Assembly (NCBI GenBank): GCA_040266055.1
Contig: JBDQFC010000006.1
Span: 28,561 to 92,560 of the forward strand
Direction of reading: 5' to 3'
Length of the DNA: 64,000 bases
From: Candidatus Nanopelagicales bacterium
Lineage (GTDB): Bacteria; Actinomycetota; Actinomycetes; S36-B12
Below, piece by piece: positions 46,041 through 54,372 of this stretch. The notes under the pieces were generated by a model that made no database searches, had not been told where the DNA came from, and saw only the letters and a program-made list of their open reading frames with translations. Position numbers and translations under genes: made by a program. The first letter of the stretch is position 1; every line of letters starts with the position of its first letter.

Positions 46041-47498
46041 GTGTTTTTCGAATCGATGAAATCCACTCTGGTTCGTGCGGTCGCTGGTGGCGTGAGCGGC
46101 GCACTCATCATCGGTGGCGTGGCCATCGCTCCGGCCGCCCAGGCGGTTGGAGGTGTGGACCAGGCCACGAGCAATTTCCAGATGTTCTCGACGCCTGCTG
46201 TCGAATACCAGGAGCAGGCCCTCTCGACAGGAGCCAGCGCGGAGCCTCTGTTCAACGCGGGGCTTCAGCGAATTTCAGGGCGCACGACGTTCCGTGCGAT
46301 ATTTGGAGCCGCCCCAAACCGACAAATCTCTCAGTATCAAATGGGACTTCGCAGGTGCTCCAACGCATCTGACGTGGCGAACTGCGATGTGGATCAAGAG
46401 GCGGCGGTCGTGACCCGCACACTGAATCACGGCTTGGTTATTGCAGAGGATCTTGACGTCGACATCGTGGACAGCATGTACGGAGATATCTACCGTGGTC
46501 AGTTGCTTGTTGACAATGCAATTGGTTACGCCACGCGCGCGTATCTGGCAGTGATGAGGCAGCCACGGACAGTGTTGCCGCCGATGGTGCTTCGCGATGG
46601 AGCCGATGCGGCAAGGATCGATCTGGCTAAGAATGACCTCACCGTTTCGCTTCCGGATTGGACGAATCTGCCTGATACGAACGAGCGACCCCTGCGCAAC
46701 CTGTCTGTTTGGGCCTGTCCGACGGGAGCAGCCAGCCAAGTCCAGACGTACGAGTGGGACTCCTCGGAATGCACACGCCTCGAGGAAGCCAGTCTCAACC
46801 GAACTGCCGCTCGAGACTTGAACGGCGGATACTCGAATAGGCCAGAACGCGCCTCGTTGCCTGGGCAGTACCTGATTGTCGAGGACACGCTCAAGTACGG
46901 ATCCCTGGTGAACGGTGGGGCTCACGTGACAGTGCGATCGGTTCCCTACTTGATTGAAGATTCCGAGGCTGCCAGCCAGCAGCAGGGTCAGCAGCCGCAG
47001 CAGGGAACTGCTCAGCAACAAAATCAAGGAACCCAGACGCCTGGACAGCAGGCGCAGACGCCGACCGCGACGCCGACCAATACCGCAGCGCAAGCGACGG
47101 CTGCGCAACCGACAGGCGCGGCCGCACTACGGCTTCGCGTGGATCAGGCACCTGTCGTCAGCACCACGGGCGTCGGATCGGTAGAGGGGACGACGCTGAC
47201 CGTGCGCTCGCCGTCGGTCCAGAAGAAGGGCAAGCGCAAGAAGTCCTACCGGGCGATCGTCGACCCGCGATACAAGGGGCGGGTTGCCTTCGTCTTGACC
47301 AGGACCACACCCAAGGGCGAAATGATCGTTGCCAAGAGCAAGGTGAAGAACACCAATAAGAAGGGCAGGGCGAAGATCCGCTGGAAGTTCGCCAAGCGCA
47401 AGCCCACGGGCCAATACACGCTGTATGTGTCTTTCATTCCAAACAAGAAATATGGCAAACCAGGGCTGACGGTCTCGAAGACCATGAGTCTGCGATGA
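46041..47498 (+). CDS. Secreted hypothetical protein with Gln/Thr/Ala-rich linker and Lys-rich C-terminal domain
   Basis: 485 aa. GTG at 46041 after GGAAGGTG; the ATG at 46056 is an alternative. Signal-like MKSTLVRAVAGGVSGALIIGGVAIAPAAQA. Linker SQQQGQQPQQGTAQQQNQGTQTPGQQAQTPTATPT. Basic beta-rich tail. I recognise no family. Confidence 0.6.
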   Translation: MFFESMKSTLVRAVAGGVSGALIIGGVAIAPAAQAVGGVDQATSNFQMFSTPAVEYQEQALSTGASAEPLFNAGLQRISGRTTFRAIFGAAPNRQISQYQMGLRRCSNASDVANCDVDQEAAVVTRTLNHGLVIAEDLDVDIVDSMYGDIYRGQLLVDNAIGYATRAYLAVMRQPRTVLPPMVLRDGADAARIDLAKNDLTVSLPDWTNLPDTNERPLRNLSVWACPTGAASQVQTYEWDSSECTRLEEASLNRTAARDLNGGYSNRPERASLPGQYLIVEDTLKYGSLVNGGAHVTVRSVPYLIEDSEAASQQQGQQPQQGTAQQQNQGTQTPGQQAQTPTATPTNTAAQATAAQPTGAAALRLRVDQAPVVSTTGVGSVEGTTLTVRSPSVQKKGKRKKSYRAIVDPRYKGRVAFVLTRTTPKGEMIVAKSKVKNTNKKGRAKIRWKFAKRKPTGQYTLYVSFIPNKKYGKPGLTVSKTMSLR

Positions 47499-47502
47499 GG
47501 CG

Positions 47503-47910
47503 CTAGTTCGAGCAGTCACCGCAGAGACCGAAGATCTCCAGGGTGTGGCTTACGTCGGTGAAGCCGTGCTCAGCGGAAACTTTGTCGGCCCAGCGTTCCA
47601 CGGCCGGTCCGTCTACTTCCACGGTCCTGCCGCAGGCCCGACACACCAGATGGTGGTGGTGGGTGTCGCTGCAACTGCGGTACACGCTCTCGCCGTCCTC
47701 ACGGACGATCACATCAACATCACCAGACTCCGCCAGTGCGGTAAGCGTTCGGTAGACAGTGGTCAGGCCGACGGTGGTGCCTTCGTGGCGCAGATAGTCG
47801 TGGATCTCCTGGGTGGATCGGAAATCGTCGAAGTGTTCGAGGGCGTTGATGACTGCTGTTCGTTGTTTGGTGGACCGGACGCCAACGGTTGCCTTGGATT
47901 CAGTGCTCAT
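47503..47910 (-). CDS. zur: Fur-family zinc uptake regulator Zur
   Basis: ORF 47503..48009. The ATG at 47910 gives 135 aa. STKQRTAVINALE, HHHHLVCRACGRTVEV, CGDC. Overlaps the ABC ATPase gene end by 11 nt. Confidence 0.85.
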   Translation of the reverse strand: MSTESKATVGVRSTKQRTAVINALEHFDDFRSTQEIHDYLRHEGTTVGLTTVYRTLTALAESGDVDVIVREDGESVYRSCSDTHHHHLVCRACGRTVEVDGPAVERWADKVSAEHGFTDVSHTLEIFGLCGDCSN

Positions 47911-48709
47911 GGTGGTGTCCGTGATCGTCGTGGCCAATGTCGAATCCGTGGTTGTGATGCTCGGTTGGGAATAGGGGTGTGTTGTCGTCCTGGGAATGCA
48001 GGGAGCCAAGGCCGTAGGCCGTCGCGAGGTTCTCTGGAGTCAGAGCTTGTTCGGGTGGACCAGAAGCAACCACGTAACCAGAGGTGAGGATCACGTGATC
48101 AGCCACTTTGGCTTCTTCCAGATCGTGGGTGGTGAGAACAACGGAACACCCGCGTTCGGGCTCGTCGTGGATGATCGCATCGATCGTCTTTGCTGACGTG
48201 ATGTCCAGGCCGGTCAGTGGTTCATCAAGGAGCAACATTGCGTGGTCTTGGGCGATTCCCTGCGCGACATAAACACGCTGGCGTTGACCGCCGGAGAGTT
48301 CGGTGATGTGACGGTCGGCAAGGTGGGTGATGTCCAGGCGCTCCATGGCTTGCTGCACCCGCTTCTTGTCCTCTGCGCTCGGACGTCGCAGGAAGCCGAG
48401 CGATGGGTACCTGCCCATGGCGACTGCTTCGCGAACAGTGAGGGGGGTGCCAGCTGGAACGGTTGTGTACTGCAGGACGTAGGAGATCTGCGACTGGCTG
48501 AGTGCAGGCGTTGCGCCGAGAACACTCAGGGCGCCGCTGTCGATCGTGAGTAGGCCGGCGATGGCATGCAGCAACGTCGACTTGCCCGAGCCGTTGGGGC
48601 CGATGATCGCCGTAATCGCGCCCTTGGGAATCGTGAAGTCCGAATCTCTCAGGGCTACGCGCTCACCTCGTGAAATGACCACATGGCGTCCCACCACCGC
48701 ATCAGGCAT
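47900..48709 (-). CDS. znuC: Metal (zinc) ABC transporter ATP-binding protein with His-rich C-terminal tail
   Basis: Walker A GPNGSGKST, signature LSGGQRQR, Walker B LLLDEP. C-terminal tail EHHNHGFDIGHDDHGHHHEH. Confidence 0.85.
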   Translation of the reverse strand: MPDAVVGRHVVISRGERVALRDSDFTIPKGAITAIIGPNGSGKSTLLHAIAGLLTIDSGALSVLGATPALSQSQISYVLQYTTVPAGTPLTVREAVAMGRYPSLGFLRRPSAEDKKRVQQAMERLDITHLADRHITELSGGQRQRVYVAQGIAQDHAMLLLDEPLTGLDITSAKTIDAIIHDEPERGCSVVLTTHDLEEAKVADHVILTSGYVVASGPPEQALTPENLATAYGLGSLHSQDDNTPLFPTEHHNHGFDIGHDDHGHHHEH

Positions 48710-49544
48710 GGGACACCTCCTGCGGCGCGCGACGCGGAGCCAGCCGGGTGACGGCCAGCACGATGAAGAAGATGACGATCGGAACGAGTGCCATGGTGGC
48801 CGAGCCCGCGGTGCCGAGGTGGTAGCTCAAGGTCAACCCGAGCCACACCGAGAAAAGCGCGATAACCGTGGCGTACAGCATCATCCGCGGCACAGTTCGG
48901 GCGAGGAGACTGGCCGCAGCTGGCGGACCGACCAACAGGCCGAAGACGAGCAAGGTTCCCACCGATTGGTAGCTACCGATCACCGCAGCCGCGATCAGCA
49001 CCATGAGGGCGGCGTGGGCGCGCTTAGGTTTCATACCCAGCAGTTCGGCCTTTTCAGCGTTGAAACTCAACGCCAGCAGTGGTCGGTAGAGCGCGAGCGC
49101 CACGCCGATGACTATGGCGGCCAAGATCGCCTGGCCCACCAAATCACCGGCCGTCACGCCGAGTGCGTCACCGAACAAGATGCTCGTCAGGCTGCCGGAG
49201 TACGTGTCCAGGCGGGAAATGATCACCACACCAAGGGCGAGCATCCCCACAAACAGCAAGCCGATCGAGGTGTCCTCGCTTAGTGCTGTCTGCCGATGCA
49301 CCACTTCGATCGCGAGAACCATGACGGCTGCGGCGACGGCTGCCCCGATCAAAGGGTTTATGTCCAACACGACTGCTGCGGCGATTCCCGGAACCACACC
49401 GTGGACGAAGGCATCTCCGAAGAAACTCATGCCACGAAGAACCAGCCAGGTGCCCACGATCGAACTCATTACCGCGGCGAGCGCACCACCGATGAGTGCT
49501 CGCTGCTGGAAGGCCAGCGCGAATGGCTCGGTGAAGAACTCCAC
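48702..49544 (-). CDS. znuB: Metal (zinc) ABC transporter permease
   Basis: 280 aa, ~8 TM, ABC-3 family features. 8-nt overlap with the ATPase gene. Confidence 0.85.
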   Translation of the reverse strand: MEFFTEPFALAFQQRALIGGALAAVMSSIVGTWLVLRGMSFFGDAFVHGVVPGIAAAVVLDINPLIGAAVAAAVMVLAIEVVHRQTALSEDTSIGLLFVGMLALGVVIISRLDTYSGSLTSILFGDALGVTAGDLVGQAILAAIVIGVALALYRPLLALSFNAEKAELLGMKPKRAHAALMVLIAAAVIGSYQSVGTLLVFGLLVGPPAAASLLARTVPRMMLYATVIALFSVWLGLTLSYHLGTAGSATMALVPIVIFFIVLAVTRLAPRRAPQEVSHA

Positions 49545-49577
49545 GGCGTCAGTCTTCCAGGTAGGGCAGTCGAGGGC

Positions 49578-50603
49578 TCAGGAGTTGAGCGCGGTCGAGA
49601 TGCGTTCGGCATCGGTGAGCATCAGTGAGACGTAGTCCTCGGCGCCTGAGCCCGATTCGCCGAGGCTGCCGACGAATAGGGGCACCACCTGGACGTCGTC
49701 TCCGACTTCCTCGGCTACCGCGTCAGCCAGGGCGCTTGGTTCTGCGGTGTTCGTGAAGATCGCTCGAACGCCCTCGGACTGGATGGTGGCGACGAGATCG
49801 GCGAGTTCGCCGCTGCTTGGCTCGGCGAGCGTGGTTCCTGCCGGAATGACGGTGCCGGCGATCTCGTAACCGTAGGTCTCGGCGAGATAGCCCAAGGCGT
49901 CGTGGTCGGTCACCAAGATGCGCTGCGACGCCGGAACGGATTCCAGTAGTGCCCGCACCTGGACTTCAGCGGCGCGAATCTCGTCGGCTACCTGAACTCC
50001 GCACTCGGCGTACTGGGCTCCGCCGGAAGCGGAGAGTTCGTCGCCGATGAGTTCGGCGACCTGCGCCATGCGATTCATGTCGAACCAGAAGTGCGGATCT
50101 TCATCACCGTGCTCGTCAGCATGCTCATCCGTTGAGGTGGCCTTCTCGTCGCTGTGTTCGTCGTCGCTGTGTTCGTCGTCGCTGTGTTCGTCATCGTGGC
50201 CGTTGTGTTCACCGAATGGGATGGGGTCAACCGTTTCGGCAACGTTGATGACCGTGGCTCCGTCGGCGGCCGCGTTGTCCAGTGCATCGTCGAGCCCAGC
50301 TTCGAGTCCAAGCCCGTTCGCGATGACGATGTCGGCGCCAACAACCTCCGCGACTTGAGCTGACGAGGGGGAGAAGTCGTGCGGATCGGCACCGATGGGC
50401 ATGAGAACCGTGACGGCGGCATCGGGATCTGCACAGGTCGCGATCTGCTGGGCGACGTCACCGAGGATCGTCGTCGTTGCGACGACGTTCACAGTGGAGG
50501 CGTCGGAGTTGGCTGAGTCGTCACTTGAGCAGGCTGTGAGTGGGGCGCCGAAGGCTAGAGCGGCGGCAGAGATCAGGGTTTGGTGTGGGCGACGCATGCG
50601 CAT
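49578..50603 (-). CDS. znuA: Zinc ABC transporter substrate-binding lipoprotein with His/Asp/Glu-rich loop
   Basis: 341 aa. Lipobox LTAC. Cluster A-I SBP features. Loop HNGHDDEHSDDEHSDDEHSDEKATSTDEHADEHGDEDPH is typical of Zn-specific ZnuA. The ATG at 50597 is an alternative start. Confidence 0.85.
   Translation of the reverse strand: MRMRRPHQTLISAAALAFGAPLTACSSDDSANSDASTVNVVATTTILGDVAQQIATCADPDAAVTVLMPIGADPHDFSPSSAQVAEVVGADIVIANGLGLEAGLDDALDNAAADGATVINVAETVDPIPFGEHNGHDDEHSDDEHSDDEHSDEKATSTDEHADEHGDEDPHFWFDMNRMAQVAELIGDELSASGGAQYAECGVQVADEIRAAEVQVRALLESVPASQRILVTDHDALGYLAETYGYEIAGTVIPAGTTLAEPSSGELADLVATIQSEGVRAIFTNTAEPSALADAVAEEVGDDVQVVPLFVGSLGESGSGAEDYVSLMLTDAERISTALNS
50146..50190. repeat. 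Three perfect 15-bp tandem repeats (TCGTCGCTGTGTTCG) encoding DEHSD x3 in the ZnuA metal loop
   Basis: Read directly at 50146-60, 50161-75 and 50176-90. Confidence 0.95.
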
Positions 50604-50611
50604 TTATCTAC

Positions 50612-50634
50612 TTAATGGAAATGATTGTCAATAT
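50612..50634 (-). promoter_or_regulatory. Zur box / promoter of the znuABC-zur operon
   Basis: AT-rich island ttaaTGGAAATGATTGTCAatat. The core at 50616-50630 matches the actinobacterial Zur consensus TGAAAATGATTTTCA in 13/15 positions. Begins 13 nt upstream of the ATG at 50603. Confidence 0.7.
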
Positions 50635-51041
50635 CAAAAACGACCGAGAGCCTTGAGAACGGCTAAACCCGTAACGGCCAAGACGATTACTAGGCGGACC
50701 ATCCGCCTACCTGGGGTGAGGACCGGCCACGACAACATCAGCAGCCAGCCGAGGAACGTTGCCACGATGAGTAAGAAAAGGGAGCCGAGGATCGCGAGCG
50801 GGCCGGTCAAGGTGAGCCCGAGTAACAGGCAGCTGGCAATCAAGATGACCAAGAGCCACCGCGGAACGGCGAGCAGGCGGGTCAGGATCGGGAGGCTGGC
50901 GCGTTCAACGTTCCCTCGTGAGTTGTTGCCCGGCTGACTGGGGCGCGGGCTTTGTTGTCGGGGAGTTTGCGGGGGTTGCTGACTGGGGCCCTTGACGCCT
51001 GGGGGCAGGTTGCCCTTCTTCGGTCGCTTCTTTCCAGCCAT
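50634..51041 (-). CDS. Hypothetical membrane protein (basic/Pro/Gln-rich N-terminus, 3-4 TM helices)
   Basis: ORF 50634..51077. The ATG at 51041 is preceded by GAGGGA. MAGKKRPKKGNLPPG...QQPPQTPRQQSPRPSQ, then TM helices. The stop abuts the Zur box. Confidence 0.5.
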   Translation of the reverse strand: MAGKKRPKKGNLPPGVKGPSQQPPQTPRQQSPRPSQPGNNSRGNVERASLPILTRLLAVPRWLLVILIASCLLLGLTLTGPLAILGSLFLLIVATFLGWLLMLSWPVLTPGRRMVRLVIVLAVTGLAVLKALGRF

Positions 51042-51075
51042 TGCGGATCCCTCGCTGTGCATTAGCGTCACCGAC

Positions 51076-51540
51076 ATGGACGCCGTTTCTGCCTTCGAGC
51101 CTAGCGTCGGCGCCAGTGCACCTCCGCTGTTGGTGGTCTCGCGCTACCGGGTGCAATCCGATCGATCAGAATGGCTGGATTGCATGCGCTCGGCGCTGAC
51201 GGTGTTGGGTGAATCGGATGGATTCGTCCGCGGTTCGATCTCCCAGGCGACTGACGATGCAGATCTGCTGGTCGTCTCATCGACCTGGACCGGGGTCGGT
51301 GCTTATCTACGAGCGCTCAGTCTCTTCGAAGTGAAGATGCACGTGATTCCGCTGCTGTCGACGGCGATCGACGAGCCGAGTGCTTTCGAGGCCTTGGTGA
51401 GTCGCGACGAGTCAGGGGAGAGCTTGTTCGCAAGTGGCTTGGCAGCTGATCACGATTCCATTGGCTTGGGGTCTGCGTCGGCAGCGTTCGTCGCCCCGGT
51501 CGGATCAGTCACAAACGGCGATCCAGGGAGTGCCGAATGA
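51076..51540 (+). CDS. Hypothetical protein, ABM (dimeric alpha-beta barrel)-like N-terminal domain
   Basis: ORF 50992..51540. ATG at 51076. LLVVSRYRV...FVRGSISQATDDADLLVVSSTWTGVGAYLRAL resembles antibiotic-biosynthesis-monooxygenase-like folds. No SD was seen. ATGA overlap with the downstream PRTase. Confidence 0.4.
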   Translation: MDAVSAFEPSVGASAPPLLVVSRYRVQSDRSEWLDCMRSALTVLGESDGFVRGSISQATDDADLLVVSSTWTGVGAYLRALSLFEVKMHVIPLLSTAIDEPSAFEALVSRDESGESLFASGLAADHDSIGLGSASAAFVAPVGSVTNGDPGSAE

Positions 51541-52088
51541 CGACGTTCGCGAACATCGCCGACGCCGGGGATCAGATGGCCCCGCTCCTCGCCGAACTGC
51601 CTACCGATTCGATGCTGATCGCGATCATGCCCAGCGGCATCGCGGTGGCCTGTCGCATCGCCAAGCGCGCCCGTATGGATGTCGGTGCAGCGTTTATTTC
51701 GCGCGATGACTCTGGAGTTCAGGTCAACGAGTTGCCGCCCGTCGAAGGGCGGACGGTGGTGGTCGTGGACGACGGTGTTGAGACGGGGACAGCCGTGCGG
51801 GCCGTGGTCGAGGCCGTGCGTTCGGCTGGTGCGGCGCGGGTGATCGTCGCGATGCCCGTCATGCCGCGAGAGGTTGAGGCGTGGCTGGCGTTGATGTGTG
51901 ACGAGATCATCGCGATCGATCGTCCACTCGCGCCGCGCAGCCTGTCTTGGCACTACGAGGATTTCTCGCCGCTCGATGACGAGATGGGGAGATTCATCTT
52001 GGCTCGGCAGGCGTGGAAGCGCGGCTGGACCACCAAATGCGTGCCGGAGGCCGGCGATCCGGAGGTCGAGGTACTGGGAGAGATCTGA
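51537..52088 (+). CDS. Phosphoribosyltransferase-family protein (COG1926-like, short form)
   Basis: 183 aa. PRPP-binding loop VVVVDDGVETGTAVRA. C-terminal WHYEDFSPLDDEM resembles YEDFxQ(T/V)xDEEV of the putative PRTase family. It appears shorter than the ~220-aa versions I recall. Confidence 0.65.
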   Translation: MTTFANIADAGDQMAPLLAELPTDSMLIAIMPSGIAVACRIAKRARMDVGAAFISRDDSGVQVNELPPVEGRTVVVVDDGVETGTAVRAVVEAVRSAGAARVIVAMPVMPREVEAWLALMCDEIIAIDRPLAPRSLSWHYEDFSPLDDEMGRFILARQAWKRGWTTKCVPEAGDPEVEVLGEI

Positions 52089-52095
52089 CTAGATG

Positions 52096-52105
52096 TCTGA
52101 TCAGA
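52096..52105 (+). promoter_or_regulatory. Perfect 10-bp palindrome TCTGATCAGA upstream of the Phd/YefM-VapC pair; candidate operator
   Basis: Read directly. Lies 20 nt upstream of the ATG at 52125. Confidence 0.3.
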
Positions 52106-52124
52106 ACTGCCGTAGCCTTCATGC

Positions 52125-52430
52125 ATGACCATTAACGTCGGCATCTACGAAGCCCGTACCGATTTCTCTCGCCTGATCGCCCTGGTTGAGTCCGGAGAAG
52201 ACGACGTCATGGTGACCCGGCACGGCAAGCCCGTTGCCCACATCGTTGCGCCGCAGCCTCACCTCCAAACTCCCCAGGAAATGCTCGACGACGATGCCCG
52301 TAAGGAACAGCGTTGGCTTCGATGGCAGGCCGGTCGACAAGCGATGCGTGAGGCGTTCGGTGACGGGGTGCCTTCGTCCAAGGAGGAGGTCCTCGCCTGG
52401 ATCAAGTCAAGTCGAGAAGACTTGGCATGA
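52125..52430 (+). CDS. Type II antitoxin, Phd/YefM family
   Basis: 101 aa. MTINVGIYEARTDFSRLIALVESGEDDVMVTRHGKPVAHIV is a typical Phd/YefM N-terminal domain. ATGA overlap with the PIN gene. Confidence 0.8.
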   Translation: MTINVGIYEARTDFSRLIALVESGEDDVMVTRHGKPVAHIVAPQPHLQTPQEMLDDDARKEQRWLRWQAGRQAMREAFGDGVPSSKEEVLAWIKSSREDLA

Positions 52431-52810
52431 GGGTTGTTGTTGATGCCTCCTTCGCGATTGAGGCCTACCTCGAATCCGATGGAAGTCGGCTCGCATCATT
52501 GCGTCACGAGGAGACTTTGTCTCCGACCATCTACGTGGATGAGTGTCGCAACGTGATCATCACGAAGGTCCGTTCTGGTGTCGTTGATCGCCGCGCCGGT
52601 CAACGAGCTCTGAGTGATGTGCTTTTTCTTCCGGACCAGATCGGCGCTGCAGTGACGGATTTGGTGTTCGACTTGGCCTTGGACCACGGACTAAGTGGCT
52701 ACGACGCAAGTTATCTCGCTCTGGCGGTCGAACGGGGCGACGCCGTCGCAACGTTGGACAAACAATTGCAGCGGGCAGCTACCGATCTCGGGCTTGTCGT
52801 CTTTTCGTGA
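52427..52810 (+). CDS. vapC: PIN-domain toxin VapC
   Basis: 127 aa. VVDASFAIE, ...GYDASYLALAVERGDAVATLDKQL carries PIN acidic residues. Confidence 0.8.
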   Translation: MRVVVDASFAIEAYLESDGSRLASLRHEETLSPTIYVDECRNVIITKVRSGVVDRRAGQRALSDVLFLPDQIGAAVTDLVFDLALDHGLSGYDASYLALAVERGDAVATLDKQLQRAATDLGLVVFS

Positions 52811-52867
52811 GGTGTGAGGGTCGGGAAGAGAGTTACGTGCGTATCGAGAGAGCCATTGAAGTGAGCA

Positions 52868-52988
52868 GGCGCTCGAAGCAGCGGAGCCAGGACATGGTCG
52901 AATGATGGTCGGCTCGTAGACTCATTCCGGTCCGCCGACAGCCAGCCGGAGTGGAAGCGCGCAGGGCGCTTCAGAAAAGGAGCGCATC
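52868..52988 (+). promoter_or_regulatory. glyQS 5' leader with four GCGC-core segments capable of mutually exclusive pairings; T-box-like GGAGUGGAAGCGCG segment
   Basis: Hairpin A: GAAGCGC(52954-60)/GCGCTTC(52966-72). Hairpin B: GCGCT(52966-70)/AGCGC(52981-85), which overlaps SD AAGGAG (52977-82). GCGCTC(52869-74) can pair with GAGCGC(52980-85). GAGTGGAAGCGCG matches 10/13 of the T-box core GGGTGGTACCGCG, including UGGA. Confidence 0.3.
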
Positions 52989-54371
52989 ATGGCCGCCGAT
53001 CGTGTCGATTCCGTCGTCAATCTCTCCAAGCGACGTGGCTTCGTCTTTCCGTCGTCGGAGATCTACGGGGGCACCCGCTCTGCCTGGGACTACGGCCCCA
53101 ATGGAGTGGAACTAAAGGAAAACGTTCGCCGGCAGTGGTGGCAGCACATGGTGCGCGGTCGCGACGACGTCGTTGGTCTGGACTCTTCGGTCATCTTGGC
53201 CCCACAGGTGTGGGAAGCATCCGGTCACGTGGAGGCCTTCGTCGATCCGCTCACCGAGTGCAAGCAGTGCCACAAGCGCTGGCGTGCGGATCAGTTGATC
53301 GAGGCATTCGCCGAAAAGCACGGACACGAGCCGCCGGAGGGTTTGGCGGATGTGGTCTGCACCAACTGCGGCACCAAGGGCAACTTCACCGAGCCGCAGA
53401 ACTTCAACGGCATGCTGCGCACGATGGTTGGCCCGGTTGAGGACGAGGGCGCTGTCCACTACCTTCGTCCGGAGACCGCGCAGGGCATTTTCGTGAATTA
53501 CCTCAACGTCATGAACTCAGCGCGCAAGAAGCCACCGTTCGGTATCGGTCAAACGGGCAAGAGCTTCCGCAACGAGATCACACCCGGCAACTTCATCTTC
53601 CGCACCCGCGAGTTCGAGCAGATGGAGATGGAATTCTTCGTCAAGCCGAGTACTGACGAGGAATGGCACGAGTACTGGCTCAAGAACCGATGGGACTGGT
53701 ACGTCGATCTTGGCCTCAAACCTGAAAACATGCGCTTCTTCGAGCATCCGGCGGAGAAGCTCTCTCACTACTCCAAGCGAACCGTCGATATCGAGTACCG
53801 CTTCCGTTTCGCTGGCAGCGAGTGGGCCGAACTCGAGGGCATCGCCAACCGGACCGACTACGACCTCAAGACCCACGCGGAGAGCTCTGGCACGGATCTG
53901 TCCTACTTCGATCAAGAGGTCGACGAGCGCTGGACGCCGTACGTGATCGAGCCGGCGGCTGGCCTCACGCGTGCCGTTTTGGCATTCATGCTCGATGCCT
54001 ACGACGAGGATGAAGCTCCGAATTCCAAGGGTGGTGTCGACAAGCGCACGGTGCTGCGGCTGGACCCCCGCCTGGCGCCGGTGAAGATTGCGGTGCTGCC
54101 GCTATCGCGTAACGCCGATCTCTCGCCTAAGGCCAAGGACCTCGCCGCTACGCTGCGCAAAACCTGGAACGTTGACTTCGATGATGCCGGCGCCATCGGA
54201 CGCCGTTACCGCCGACAGGATGAGATCGGTACGCCATTTTGTGTGACGGTCGACTTCGATTCGCTGGAAGACCAGGCCGTGACAGTCCGCGAGCGCGACT
54301 CGATGAGTCAGGAGCGCATCGGGATGGATCAACTGGTCTCGTGGCTCGGTAGTCGTCTACCTGCCTGCTAG
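52989..54371 (+). CDS. glyQS: Glycine--tRNA ligase (dimeric alpha2 type)
   Basis: 460 aa. [17 protein letters not shown], class II motifs ([18 protein letters not shown]), and a C-terminal anticodon-binding domain. Confidence 0.95.
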   Translation: MAADRVDSVVNLSKRRGFVFPSSEIYGGTRSAWDYGPNGVELKENVRRQWWQHMVRGRDDVVGLDSSVILAPQVWEASGHVEAFVDPLTECKQCHKRWRADQLIEAFAEKHGHEPPEGLADVVCTNCGTKGNFTEPQNFNGMLRTMVGPVEDEGAVHYLRPETAQGIFVNYLNVMNSARKKPPFGIGQTGKSFRNEITPGNFIFRTREFEQMEMEFFVKPSTDEEWHEYWLKNRWDWYVDLGLKPENMRFFEHPAEKLSHYSKRTVDIEYRFRFAGSEWAELEGIANRTDYDLKTHAESSGTDLSYFDQEVDERWTPYVIEPAAGLTRAVLAFMLDAYDEDEAPNSKGGVDKRTVLRLDPRLAPVKIAVLPLSRNADLSPKAKDLAATLRKTWNVDFDDAGAIGRRYRRQDEIGTPFCVTVDFDSLEDQAVTVRERDSMSQERIGMDQLVSWLGSRLPAC

Positions 54372-54372
54372 C

